The notes under the pieces are model-generated. The model was not told where the DNA came from. It searched no databases and saw nothing but the letters and a program-made list of their open reading frames with translations. 55,518 nucleotides of DNA from Clostridium sp. GTDB lineage: Bacteria > Bacillota > Clostridia > Clostridiales > Clostridiaceae. The stretch is taken from contig DAIMMR010000001.1 in NCBI GenBank assembly GCA_036720575.1, positions 1-55,518 of the forward strand. Reading direction: 5' to 3'. The position numbers were made by a program, and so were the translations under genes. Within the stretch, counting starts at the first letter, position 1, and every line of letters starts with the position of its first letter. Below are positions 29,413 to 38,549 of this stretch, piece by piece.

Positions 29413-32400
29413 ATGGATAGTAAGGCTAACTTAGTAAAAAATCAATTAAAGGATAATGAACAAATAAATGGTGCAGCTAATAAGATAGAAGGCGAACGTA
29501 CACAACCAATTAGTAGTCTAAAACTTAAGTTTGTATTTTTTGTAAAACAAGGAATGGATAGTTTTTTAGATGATATTATAAACGGATTATCTGATGAGTA
29601 TATAATAAGAAAGATTGTAGTTACTGATTACAATCAAATAGATACATGGATGAAGTTGGCAGATGTATGCTGGTTTGAATGGTGCGATGAACTTGTAGAT
29701 TATGGAAGTAAACTGCCGGCTGCTAAAGAGAAGAAGATAATATGTAGAATACATGGATATGAAGTGTATTCTGATTTTATTATGAGGCCAAATTGGAAAA
29801 ATGTTGATGATTTGATTATTGTAGCTCCGCATATTAGAAGAATGTTTGAAAAAAATACAAAAGATATAAATAAGGGAAATTTAAGAATACATACAGTATT
29901 TTGTGGAATCAACATGGATAGATATCCATTAAATATAAAAACGAAAGGTTATAATTTGGGATATCTAGGATATATAAATTTTAAAAAGAATATATCATTG
30001 ACTCTTGATATATTTAAAAAATTGCATAATATTGATTCAAGATATAAGTTATATATAGCAGGTCAATTTCAAGATTTAAGGACATTAGCATATTTTCAAT
30101 ATTTTATAAAAGAATATAAACTTGATAAAAGTGTAGTTTTTGACGGATGGCAGAATGAAAAGAAAAAGATTGAGTGGTTAAAAAAAATAGAGTATATGGT
30201 CATATCAAGTATTGATGAAGGATTATGTTTTGCTGCAGCAGAAGCTATGGCAAGTGGCATAAAGCCTATACTCCATAATTGCGAAGGTTTAAAAGATCAT
30301 TATGATAAAAAATATATATTTAATTCTGTTGATGAAGCAGTAAAAATGATAACAGAAGAAAAATATGATTCTAGAGAATATAGAAATTTTATTCAAGATA
30401 ATTACAGAAATGACTTACAAATAGATAAGATAAAACAAATAATTAAGAATATAGAAATTAGCAGTAAAATAGTACAACAAAAGTTTGATTATAAACAATA
30501 TTGGAATGATAGATTGAATAATAAATTTGATATAGAGGGTGTTGGCTATATAGGATTAGGAAGAGAATATAATGAATATCTGTATAAAGCAAGGCTTTAT
30601 ACGTTAGATAAAATAATTAAAAAATTATTTAAAAAATCTAAACTAACAACAGTATTTGAAATAGGTCCAGGTATAGGAGTATTTACAAATTATTTTAGAC
30701 AAAATGGAATAAGTAATTATTATTCTATTGATATATCAAAAAAATCAGTGGAAGTATTATCATCAAAATATGATAATTTTAATTTTATACAAGGTGACAT
30801 AAGTGAGGGTGAAAATTACCCTAAAAATGGTAAATATGATTTGGTTTTTGGTGCAGATGTACTTTTACATTTAACTGATGAAAATAAATTTAAACTTGCA
30901 TTGAAAAATATGAAAAATGTATTAAATGATAATGGTTATATGATTATTTATGATGCTATAAGTAAAAATAAAATAGAGAATACATCACCACATGCAAAGA
31001 TTAGAAATATTGAATATATTAGAAAAGTACTTAGCGAAAATAACATGGAAATAGAGGCATGTATTCCTATATATTTTTTCAGTAGTAATCCATTCGATAT
31101 TGATATATCACAAACTCAGTCAGTAGAAGCCATTAATATTTTTAATTTAATACAAATATTAATTAATCAAAATCATTGTAATATAAAAGGAGAAAATAAG
31201 AAAATTGTATTAGAATATTTATATTATGTTGATAAATTATGTTTATCTAATTATAAATATGGATTGTCTGAAAAGCTACTGATTATAAAAAAGGAGCAAA
31301 ATGAAATCAATGTTAATATTGACATTGACGATATATGGGAAAAAAGTAACATAAGTAATAATATTAAGTCTGCCCTACAAAATATTGAAAATAATAAGGA
31401 GCTTTATAATAACAATCAGTTGATAAGTATACAACAAAATGTTAATAATTTAATTTTACCTAAATATAATATAAAGGAAGTCTATGAAAAAATTAATTTG
31501 TTCAGTGGTTATGATACAGATTTTGTTGATAAGTATGATTTTAATAATTCCAAAGTTATTATTGGTAAAAAAGAAAAGATTAATAACAGATATGCTTTAA
31601 TAGAATTTATTTTAGCTAATAATGAAGCACAATTAATAGTTACAGGAATTATCTATGATAATGAAGGAAAAGAAATAATCCTGCCTAATTATTTAAGTTT
31701 TTCAAGCAATAGAAATAAACTGATTGAAATAATTAATAGCGTAATTAATAGCAATATGGAATACAATAATATGGGTATAGCGGGTTTTATTAATGATAAG
31801 AAAATAGTTGATGATATAAATGAAAACCAATTAGCATATAATTGGGAGAGAGGAATACCAGCTACTCAATTTATGCCATTGGTCGGCTATATAAATGTTA
31901 TTGAAAGGTACAAATTAGCATTTAATTTTATAAAAAAATCGGATATTGTTTTAGAAGCTGCTAGTGGATTTGGATATGGTGCAGCATATATTTCAAAGGA
32001 ATGTAAACAAGTAGAAGCATTAGACCTAGCTAAAGAGAATATTTTATTTGGTAAAAAAACGTATAGTTTTGAAAATATTAATTGGATTGTAGGAGATGTA
32101 ACAAAATTACCTTATGCTAATAATTATTTCGATGTATATATTTCATTTGAGACGTTAGAACATTTGCCATTAAACTTAGTAGAAAAATATTTTTCTGAGG
32201 CTGTTAGGGTCTTGAAAAATAATAGTAAAATGATTATATCTACTCCAAATAAAGCTGTGAGAGAAAATGTTAGAAACCCATTTCATGTTAAGGAATATAA
32301 TTTTTTAGAATTTGATGAGTTATTATATAAATATTTTTCTAATGTACAATATTACTCTATAGTAAACAATAGATTAACTAAAGGGATGAATTTAGCTGCA

Positions 32401-32430
32401 TACAATATGATGGCTGTATGTGAAAAATAA
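29413..32430 (+). CDS. GT-B (GT4-like) glycosyltransferase fused to two class I SAM-dependent methyltransferase domains
   Basis: 'WFEWCD', 'RIHGYE' and 'SSIDEG...AEAMASGIKP'; MTase 1 'FEIGPGIG'...'DVLLH'; MTase 2 'LEAASGFGYG'...'SFETLEH'...'STPN'. Confidence 0.85.
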   Translation: MDSKANLVKNQLKDNEQINGAANKIEGERTQPISSLKLKFVFFVKQGMDSFLDDIINGLSDEYIIRKIVVTDYNQIDTWMKLADVCWFEWCDELVDYGSKLPAAKEKKIICRIHGYEVYSDFIMRPNWKNVDDLIIVAPHIRRMFEKNTKDINKGNLRIHTVFCGINMDRYPLNIKTKGYNLGYLGYINFKKNISLTLDIFKKLHNIDSRYKLYIAGQFQDLRTLAYFQYFIKEYKLDKSVVFDGWQNEKKKIEWLKKIEYMVISSIDEGLCFAAAEAMASGIKPILHNCEGLKDHYDKKYIFNSVDEAVKMITEEKYDSREYRNFIQDNYRNDLQIDKIKQIIKNIEISSKIVQQKFDYKQYWNDRLNNKFDIEGVGYIGLGREYNEYLYKARLYTLDKIIKKLFKKSKLTTVFEIGPGIGVFTNYFRQNGISNYYSIDISKKSVEVLSSKYDNFNFIQGDISEGENYPKNGKYDLVFGADVLLHLTDENKFKLALKNMKNVLNDNGYMIIYDAISKNKIENTSPHAKIRNIEYIRKVLSENNMEIEACIPIYFFSSNPFDIDISQTQSVEAINIFNLIQILINQNHCNIKGENKKIVLEYLYYVDKLCLSNYKYGLSEKLLIIKKEQNEINVNIDIDDIWEKSNISNNIKSALQNIENNKELYNNNQLISIQQNVNNLILPKYNIKEVYEKINLFSGYDTDFVDKYDFNNSKVIIGKKEKINNRYALIEFILANNEAQLIVTGIIYDNEGKEIILPNYLSFSSNRNKLIEIINSVINSNMEYNNMGIAGFINDKKIVDDINENQLAYNWERGIPATQFMPLVGYINVIERYKLAFNFIKKSDIVLEAASGFGYGAAYISKECKQVEALDLAKENILFGKKTYSFENINWIVGDVTKLPYANNYFDVYISFETLEHLPLNLVEKYFSEAVRVLKNNSKMIISTPNKAVRENVRNPFHVKEYNFLEFDELLYKYFSNVQYYSIVNNRLTKGMNLAAYNMMAVCEK

Positions 32431-32438
32431 TACAGCTT

Positions 32439-32490
32439 CACAATAAATAAACGACCATTCATTAAAATGGTCGTTTATTTATTGTGGTTT
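32439..32490 (+). terminator. intrinsic terminator
   Basis: Perfect 21-bp stem CACAATAAATAAACGACCATT / AATGGTCGTTTATTTATTGTG. Confidence 0.75.
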
Positions 32491-32592
32491 CCTGTTTTAG
32501 AGAATACATTCTGGATAGATGTATGGACTGAAATTGACGACCAGAGAATCAAGTATATGGCTAAAGTTTTGAGAAGAATGTTTTATTGCTAA
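32491..32592 (+). pseudogene. 3' remnant of an RfbH/DdhC-like (DegT superfamily) sugar-modifying enzyme
   Basis: Startless frame PVLENTFWIDVWTEIDDQRIKYMAKVLRRMFYC* resembles the 'NTFWIGVxPG...YM' C-terminus of RfbH-type proteins (recognised by eye). Confidence 0.45.
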
Positions 32593-32623
32593 AGAGCCTG
32601 AGATAAAGTTTTAATTTTTTATA

Positions 32624-32651
32624 ACATATTAAGTAATTGCAGCATAATATG
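32624..32651 (+). promoter_or_regulatory. mother-cell (SigK/SigE-like) promoter candidate
   Basis: AC-N17-CATAATATG about 50 bp upstream of the 99-aa gene. Confidence 0.4.
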
Positions 32652-32699
32652 TGTATTGGGGAATGAAAATCCCTAAAACCTTAAAAGGAGATGTTTTAA

Positions 32700-32999
32700 T
32701 TGGCAGTTTCAGCAAGTTTTGATACACCTCAATCTGGTAGTGTTAGGTCTATAACAGTAACAGGAACTGTTCCTGCAGAGTCTCAGGCATATGCATATGT
32801 TACGGTACAGGTTACTAACACTAGCGGTACTGTTAACAGAGCTAATAGCGCATATTCTAGCGTATATGTTTTTAATAATACAAGCACTTCAGATAGAGTA
32901 TCAGCTTCAGCCAATGTTAGCATAGCTATTGTACCAAAGATTCGTACTACAGATTCACTTAGAAGTGATAAAGTAACTATTGACTGGTTTGTAAGATAA
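32700..32999 (+). CDS. 99-aa Ser/Thr-rich all-beta protein, putative structural subunit
   Basis: Strong AAGGAG RBS; ~30% Ser+Thr; homologous to the C-terminus of 33132-33920. Confidence 0.8.
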   Translation: MAVSASFDTPQSGSVRSITVTGTVPAESQAYAYVTVQVTNTSGTVNRANSAYSSVYVFNNTSTSDRVSASANVSIAIVPKIRTTDSLRSDKVTIDWFVR

Positions 33000-33078
33000 T
33001 GTCTTTGATTTGAGCAGAATTAATTGAACTATCTTAAAGCTATAAGTTTAATTAATCATTGCTAAAATTTAAAGTTTT

Positions 33079-33104
33079 GTGGAGCCATTTTATTTTGGCT
33101 CCAT
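33079..33104 (+). terminator. intercistronic hairpin (partial terminator or stabiliser)
   Basis: GTGGAGCCA / TGGCTCCAT between the 99-aa gene and the next gene. Confidence 0.5.
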
Positions 33105-33131
33105 TTAATAATAAAAAAGGAGAGGAATAAA

Positions 33132-33920
33132 TTGTCCAATATAATAATCCCTGCTAGTAAAAGTCTTACTATAACCAATAAATCACCAAAGGAAAATATA
33201 AATTCTAACCATATAAAAGTAGGTTATCATCAGAAATTTAAATATATTAGCTATCTGTTTTTTGATACTTCCAGTATTCCTCCCAATGCCAAAATTTTAA
33301 GTGCAAAACTTGTATTATTTAAGACAAATAATTTTTATGAAGGTAATAAAGAGCTAGTTATTTATCAGTTAGATGATTATTTTAGCAGTTATACAACCTA
33401 TAATAATCGTCCCAAAGTTAACAAGGATATTAAAGAAAATTTTAGTCCATTTACTTCCAAAATTTCTGTAACAGTAGATGTTACAAAATTTGTCTTGTTG
33501 TGGATTAAATCAAAATCTATTTGTACAGGATTAATGCTGGCTGGCGATTCAAATTGCAGTCTTTCATCATTTGGTTCTTCAATAAGTAGTGATAGTTATA
33601 TTATTCCTTTTATTGAGATTAAATATAAGGTGTATTGCATAAGCTGTTGTGATGGAGAAGCTACCATAAGAGAAGTCAATGTTACGGGAACTGTTGCAGC
33701 TGAATCAAAATATATGTCAATCTTAAATGTTGAAGTAAAAAGGGATAAAAGCAATAAGGTGGAAAATTATTATATTGCTGATGAGTATGATAACTCATCG
33801 GGAGTTACTCCCCTTAAGATAGATAAAAATTACAAAGTTGTTATTATTCCAAAAGAAAGAAAAGGTGATACTGAAAAGGTGAATCTTTATGGTTCATATA
33901 AGGAAGATAAAAAGACATAA
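33132..33920 (+). CDS. DNRLRE-domain protein with C-terminal domain homologous to the 99-aa protein
   Basis: 'SYLFFDTSSIP.NAKILSAKLVLF', 'TTYNNRP', 'VDVTKFV..W' and 'GLML' fit the DNRLRE pattern; tail 'IREVNVTGTVAAES...IIPKER..D'. Confidence 0.75.
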   Translation: MSNIIIPASKSLTITNKSPKENINSNHIKVGYHQKFKYISYLFFDTSSIPPNAKILSAKLVLFKTNNFYEGNKELVIYQLDDYFSSYTTYNNRPKVNKDIKENFSPFTSKISVTVDVTKFVLLWIKSKSICTGLMLAGDSNCSLSSFGSSISSDSYIIPFIEIKYKVYCISCCDGEATIREVNVTGTVAAESKYMSILNVEVKRDKSNKVENYYIADEYDNSSGVTPLKIDKNYKVVIIPKERKGDTEKVNLYGSYKEDKKT

Positions 33921-34235
33921 GACCAAAGAATATGAGCATATTAAATTGACTTATATGTTGTCAATTTAATTACTATAATTAACAAATGAAAAATTTATGA
34001 TTAGTATTATTTTATACAAAAAACAACAATTTGCTTTATTACCTGTATGCTTTTCAAAATATAAGATTATTGTAAAATTCAAATAATCTCCTGCCAATAA
34101 ATGCTTATATTCATTAAATTTTCTTTTACATACCTCTATTAAAATCAATACATTGTATATTTTATATATAACTCTTAAATACGTTAATTAATAACGTAAA
34201 ATATAGTACAATATTGTACATCAGGAGGAATAAAG

Positions 34236-36017
34236 ATGAACAATGAAATAAGTTTATGTATGATTGTAAAAAATGAAGAAAAGTGTTTGCCGACATGTCT
34301 TGAAAGTATTAAAGATGTTGTTGACGAGATAATTATTGTTGATACAGGGTCTACAGATAAAACAGTGGATATTGCACGAAACTATGGTGCTAAGGTGTAT
34401 TATTTCAAATGGAATAATAATTTTAGTGAGGCCAGAAATGTTTCACTAAAATATGCTACTAAGGATTGGATATTAATAATGGACGCAGATGATGAATTGC
34501 GGGGTGAATATAAAAAGAATTTTAAATTGTTATTAAATAGCAAATTAGAAGATAATCTAGTTTATTTCTTTGAAACATTAAACTATTATGGGGATAAACC
34601 TGATGATAATTGTATTACTATAAATTTAAATCCACGAATGTTTAAAAATGGTCGTGGATTTCATTATGAAGGAGAGATTCATAATCAGTTAATATGTCCA
34701 AATAATGAACATGGTGCAATTTGTAATGATGTGAAAATATATCATTATGGATATCTGGATAAAAATATAGTGTCTAAAAAGAAGAGAAAAAGAAATATAT
34801 CAATTTTAAATAAACTGATCGAAAAAGAACCTAATAATAAATTTAATTATTTTAATCTAGGTAATGAATATATAGCTTTAGATAATCCTAAAAAAGCACT
34901 AGAGTATTATTATAAAGCTTATGAAGATTTTAATCCTGATACAGGCTTTAGCCCGGCGTTGGTTTTACGAATAATTGTTTGTAATTATAATATACGAGAA
35001 TATACTAAAGCACTGGATTTCATTGATACTGCAACTAAGTATTATCCTAAATTTACCGATTTATATTTCTTTAAATCTCTTGTTTATAAAAATTTAGGTA
35101 AAATTACACTACAGATAAAGGCTTTGAACAAATGTGTTGAAATTGGAGAACCGCCTTCACAATTAAAATTTTTTTATGGAAGTGAGAGCTTTAAAGCATA
35201 TTTTGAATTAGGTAATGTTTATATGCATTTTAAAGATTATGATACTGCATATGATTATTATATTAAATCTCTTAAATCGAAACTGGATTTTATTGATCCA
35301 CTATATTGTATTGCTCATATATTAAAAGAAAAAAATATTAGCCATGCTAAATTTAAAAGTATCATAGAAAAATTTTTTTCTGGTTCTACGAAAGGTTATC
35401 CTGTTATTGCTGATATATTTTATAAAGAGGGACTTTATAAAATATCATTGGAATATATTCAAAAATGTGAAGAAGAAAAAATAGTTACAGATTCTATTGC
35501 TATATTGAAAGCTAAATGTCTTATAAGAACCGGTGACTTTGATGAATGTATTAATATGAATTCTATAAAGGTTGAGTCACCTTTTTATACACATTTTTCC
35601 ATGTATAGGGTTTTAAGCTGTATATTAAGTAATAAAATTGATTATGCTTCATCTATATTGAGTAGTTTTGAGAAAAATACTTTATCAGATAATGATAAAA
35701 AACTATTGAAAATATATTCTGAACTAGTAAAACTATTTAAAAATGAACCAACAGAAATTATATCTGAAAATGAAAGCCAAATAGAATATGGAATGATTCT
35801 AGAAATATGTGAAATATTGCTTATAAATATGAAATTTGATGAATTAAAGATAGCTGTAAATTTATTCAATTTAATAGATAATAAATATACACTCCTTTAT
35901 CTTGGAAAGCTATACAATAAGTATGGTTTTGTTGATCTTGCTAAAAAAGAAGTATTGAGGTCTATAAAAGAATTTACTATATATGATAATGAAGGTCTTG
36001 ACATATTAAAAGCATAA
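34236..36017 (+). CDS. GT2 glycosyltransferase with TPR repeats (flagellin/BclA/SunS-type protein glycosyltransferase architecture)
   Basis: 'ISLCMIVKNEE', 'VDTGSTD', 'FSEARN', 'MDADD', 'EGEIHNQ' and 'HYGY' motifs, followed by TPRs. Confidence 0.92.
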   Translation: MNNEISLCMIVKNEEKCLPTCLESIKDVVDEIIIVDTGSTDKTVDIARNYGAKVYYFKWNNNFSEARNVSLKYATKDWILIMDADDELRGEYKKNFKLLLNSKLEDNLVYFFETLNYYGDKPDDNCITINLNPRMFKNGRGFHYEGEIHNQLICPNNEHGAICNDVKIYHYGYLDKNIVSKKKRKRNISILNKLIEKEPNNKFNYFNLGNEYIALDNPKKALEYYYKAYEDFNPDTGFSPALVLRIIVCNYNIREYTKALDFIDTATKYYPKFTDLYFFKSLVYKNLGKITLQIKALNKCVEIGEPPSQLKFFYGSESFKAYFELGNVYMHFKDYDTAYDYYIKSLKSKLDFIDPLYCIAHILKEKNISHAKFKSIIEKFFSGSTKGYPVIADIFYKEGLYKISLEYIQKCEEEKIVTDSIAILKAKCLIRTGDFDECINMNSIKVESPFYTHFSMYRVLSCILSNKIDYASSILSSFEKNTLSDNDKKLLKIYSELVKLFKNEPTEIISENESQIEYGMILEICEILLINMKFDELKIAVNLFNLIDNKYTLLYLGKLYNKYGFVDLAKKEVLRSIKEFTIYDNEGLDILKA

Positions 36018-36024
36018 AATTTGC

Positions 36025-36077
36025 TTGACAAATAAAGACTACAAGTGTAGTATGATATTAAAGATTACACTTGTAGT
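36025..36077 (+). promoter_or_regulatory. SigA promoter with two BlaI/MecI/CopY-type operators
   Basis: TTGACA(36025)-17-TAGTAT; TACA-NN-TGTA palindromes ACTACAAGTGTAGT (36038-36051) and ATTACACTTGTAGT (36064-36077). Confidence 0.85.
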
Positions 36078-36095
36078 ACGAAAGGAGGCGAAAAA

Positions 36096-36470
36096 ATGAA
36101 CAAAATACCTAAAATATCGGATTCAGAATGGGAAGTGATGAAAGTTTTATGGAAGAGATCGCCACTTACTTCCAGTGAAATCATTGAAAATTTAAAAGAG
36201 CGTAGTTCATGGAGCCCAAAGACTATTCATACCCTTATTAGCAGATTGGCAGCTAAAGGGGCTATTTATGTAAAAAAGGATGAACCTTTTTATTTGTATT
36301 CTCCTAATATATCTGAAGAAGAGTGTAGGAAGGTGGAGACAAAATCTTTTATCAAAAAGGTCTATGATGGTTCAATTCACCTACTTGTTTCTAGTTTTAT
36401 AAAAGATGAGAAATTATCAGGCAAAGAAATAGAAGAATTAAAGCAAATATTGGACAAGAAAAAACAGTAG
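36096..36470 (+). CDS. BlaI/MecI/CopY family repressor
   Basis: 'ISDSEWEVMKVLW', 'WSPKTIHTLISRL..KG' and 'YDGS' motifs. Confidence 0.95.
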   Translation: MNKIPKISDSEWEVMKVLWKRSPLTSSEIIENLKERSSWSPKTIHTLISRLAAKGAIYVKKDEPFYLYSPNISEEECRKVETKSFIKKVYDGSIHLLVSSFIKDEKLSGKEIEELKQILDKKKQ

Positions 36471-36486
36471 TAGGAGGATAATTTCT

Positions 36487-38427
36487 ATGGGGCTTTCTTC
36501 TATATTTAAAATGGTTCTCTTATCGTCAGCTGCAGGCAGTGTAGTAGCAGTTATAGTTCTTATTATGAAAAGTTTATTAAAAAATAAACTTAATGCTACA
36601 TGGCAATATTATATATGGTTTTTACTGATTATTAGGCTAATTGTACCTACTGGATTTGAAACACCTCTTAGTAAACTTAATGTATTTGTAAATACCAGCC
36701 AGAGTATTCAGACATCTAAGAATGTAGGTGAAGATGTTAATGACCTAAAAAATATAAATGGATACAGCAGCAAAATTTCAAGATACAATTTAAAGAAAAA
36801 GGAAAACTTAGAAAATACAAAAGCTAAAGATATTAATTACTATTTTAATATAGCAAGTATAGTCTGGGCAGTTGGCGTTACTTTTATCTTATTTGGCATG
36901 TTATTCGCATATGAAATGTTTTCTTTTAGAGTGAGAAAGTTGCCTTTTTGTGAGGATGAAGAAGCTAATAGGATATTGAAGCAGTCTAAATCTGTTATGA
37001 ATATTTCGAGATCTATACCAATTGTCTATGACAGTCATATGGGACCACCTTCACTTTTGGGAGTTGTAAATCCTAGAATTTTAATTGACCCAGCTTTGTT
37101 ACGGAGACTCTCTTTTGAGGAAAAAAAGCATATCTTTTTGCATGAACTCTCTCATTTTAAGAGAAAAGATATTTTTGTAAACTGGATAATATTGTTTTTA
37201 GAAATAATCAATTGGTTTAATCCTGTAATATGGTTTGCTTTTAGCAAGATGAGGGACGATTCTGAATTAGCCTGCGATGCCCATGTGCTGTCCTATTTAG
37301 GGGAAGCAGAGCAAAATAAATATGGTGAAACTATTATAGAACTTGTAAAAATTGTTTCAGGTATTAAGTGGGTTCCTGGAACTAGTGGAATAGTTAATGG
37401 AGGCTCAAATATAAAAAGGAGGATTATTATGATAAAGAATTTTAAGAAACATCCATTTAAATGGGTAAGAGTACCTGTTTCCATTTTGGCTGCTGTATGT
37501 ATTATAGGTATAACCAATATGCCTGTCCAAGCTGGAAATTTAAATACTAATGATGAAATATTAAAGCCAAAACAGAGCAAAATAAATTATCCTAATATAA
37601 CAAAAGAAGTTTCAACTGGAGATTCACAAATTGCAACTAATAAAAAACAAACCAAAAGTCAATCGTTAGAAACAGCACAGAGTAAAGCAAATTATGTAAA
37701 TATAGTAAAAAAGTTTTTACCTAAAAATTCACAAATTGCAACATCAGGTAATACTAAAGAAGAGGATAATGTTTTATTGAATGATCTGGATGGTGACGGT
37801 AAAGATGAAATTATCACTTCCTATAATGTAGATGAACAAAATGACAAAATGAATGTAATGGCCCTGAAAAAAATAGGGGGAAACTGGACTAAAGTTTTGG
37901 ATGAGCCTGGAAAAGGTTTTAAAATAGATTTTGTACAGGCATCAGATATAGACGGTGATGGAGAAGATGAAGTGCTTTTGGGTAGAAGAATTGGTCAAAC
38001 TACAGGACAACTTTCAGCTTATAAATGGAATAATAATGCCTTAGGTAAAATATCAAATGAAGATATATATTATTCTAAACTAGACATAGTAGATGTTCCA
38101 GGAAAAAATATGAAAGCAATAGCTACATGGAACCATGATACTGGCAATGCCTATATGGTTGATGTATTAAAGTGGAATGGAAAAACTTTTAAATCAGCAG
38201 AAGACCTCTATCCTAATTACTTTAAGCAGTCAGTGGTTCCTTATTATGAGCAGAAAGTAAAAGAAATGCCTAAAATAGGATTTTACTGGTACTATCTAGC
38301 AGATTCACAAATAAAAGCAGGAGATAAAAAATCAGCACTAAAATCTATAGAAGAAGGTTTGAATTTAAATACGGGTTATCCGTCCCAAGAAGAATTTAAC
38401 AAGCTTAAAGAAAAAGCTTCTAAATAG
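36487..38427 (+). CDS. M56 (BlaR1-type) membrane metallopeptidase with non-PBP extracellular domain
   Basis: 'HELSHFKRKD', 'WFNPVIW', 'ELACD' and 'IKRRI' motifs; C-domain with DLDGDGKDE and DIDGDGEDE loops. Confidence 0.9.
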   Translation: MGLSSIFKMVLLSSAAGSVVAVIVLIMKSLLKNKLNATWQYYIWFLLIIRLIVPTGFETPLSKLNVFVNTSQSIQTSKNVGEDVNDLKNINGYSSKISRYNLKKKENLENTKAKDINYYFNIASIVWAVGVTFILFGMLFAYEMFSFRVRKLPFCEDEEANRILKQSKSVMNISRSIPIVYDSHMGPPSLLGVVNPRILIDPALLRRLSFEEKKHIFLHELSHFKRKDIFVNWIILFLEIINWFNPVIWFAFSKMRDDSELACDAHVLSYLGEAEQNKYGETIIELVKIVSGIKWVPGTSGIVNGGSNIKRRIIMIKNFKKHPFKWVRVPVSILAAVCIIGITNMPVQAGNLNTNDEILKPKQSKINYPNITKEVSTGDSQIATNKKQTKSQSLETAQSKANYVNIVKKFLPKNSQIATSGNTKEEDNVLLNDLDGDGKDEIITSYNVDEQNDKMNVMALKKIGGNWTKVLDEPGKGFKIDFVQASDIDGDGEDEVLLGRRIGQTTGQLSAYKWNNNALGKISNEDIYYSKLDIVDVPGKNMKAIATWNHDTGNAYMVDVLKWNGKTFKSAEDLYPNYFKQSVVPYYEQKVKEMPKIGFYWYYLADSQIKAGDKKSALKSIEEGLNLNTGYPSQEEFNKLKEKASK

Positions 38428-38441
38428 ATACTAAATGAAAA

Positions 38442-38495
38442 GTTGATATATACTCGGGAATAAGAGGGTACATTTTCGAGTATATATTCAATTTT
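38442..38495 (+). terminator. terminator
   Basis: ATATATACTCG / CGAGTATATAT stem. Confidence 0.55.
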
Positions 38496-38549
38496 ACATG
38501 GACTTTTATTCAAGGTAAGTTTGAGCTTTAGGAGGATTCATAGTAGTAA

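Noticed and set aside
33966..34148. 60-aa minus-strand ORF between the DNRLRE and TPR-GT genes
   Set aside because: No RBS, low-complexity AT-rich sequence, no recognisable similarity.
32700..36017. Glycocin (sublancin-type RiPP) cluster
   Set aside because: The 99-aa protein has no Cys or double-glycine leader, and there is no peptidase-containing ABC transporter or thiol-disulfide oxidoreductase.
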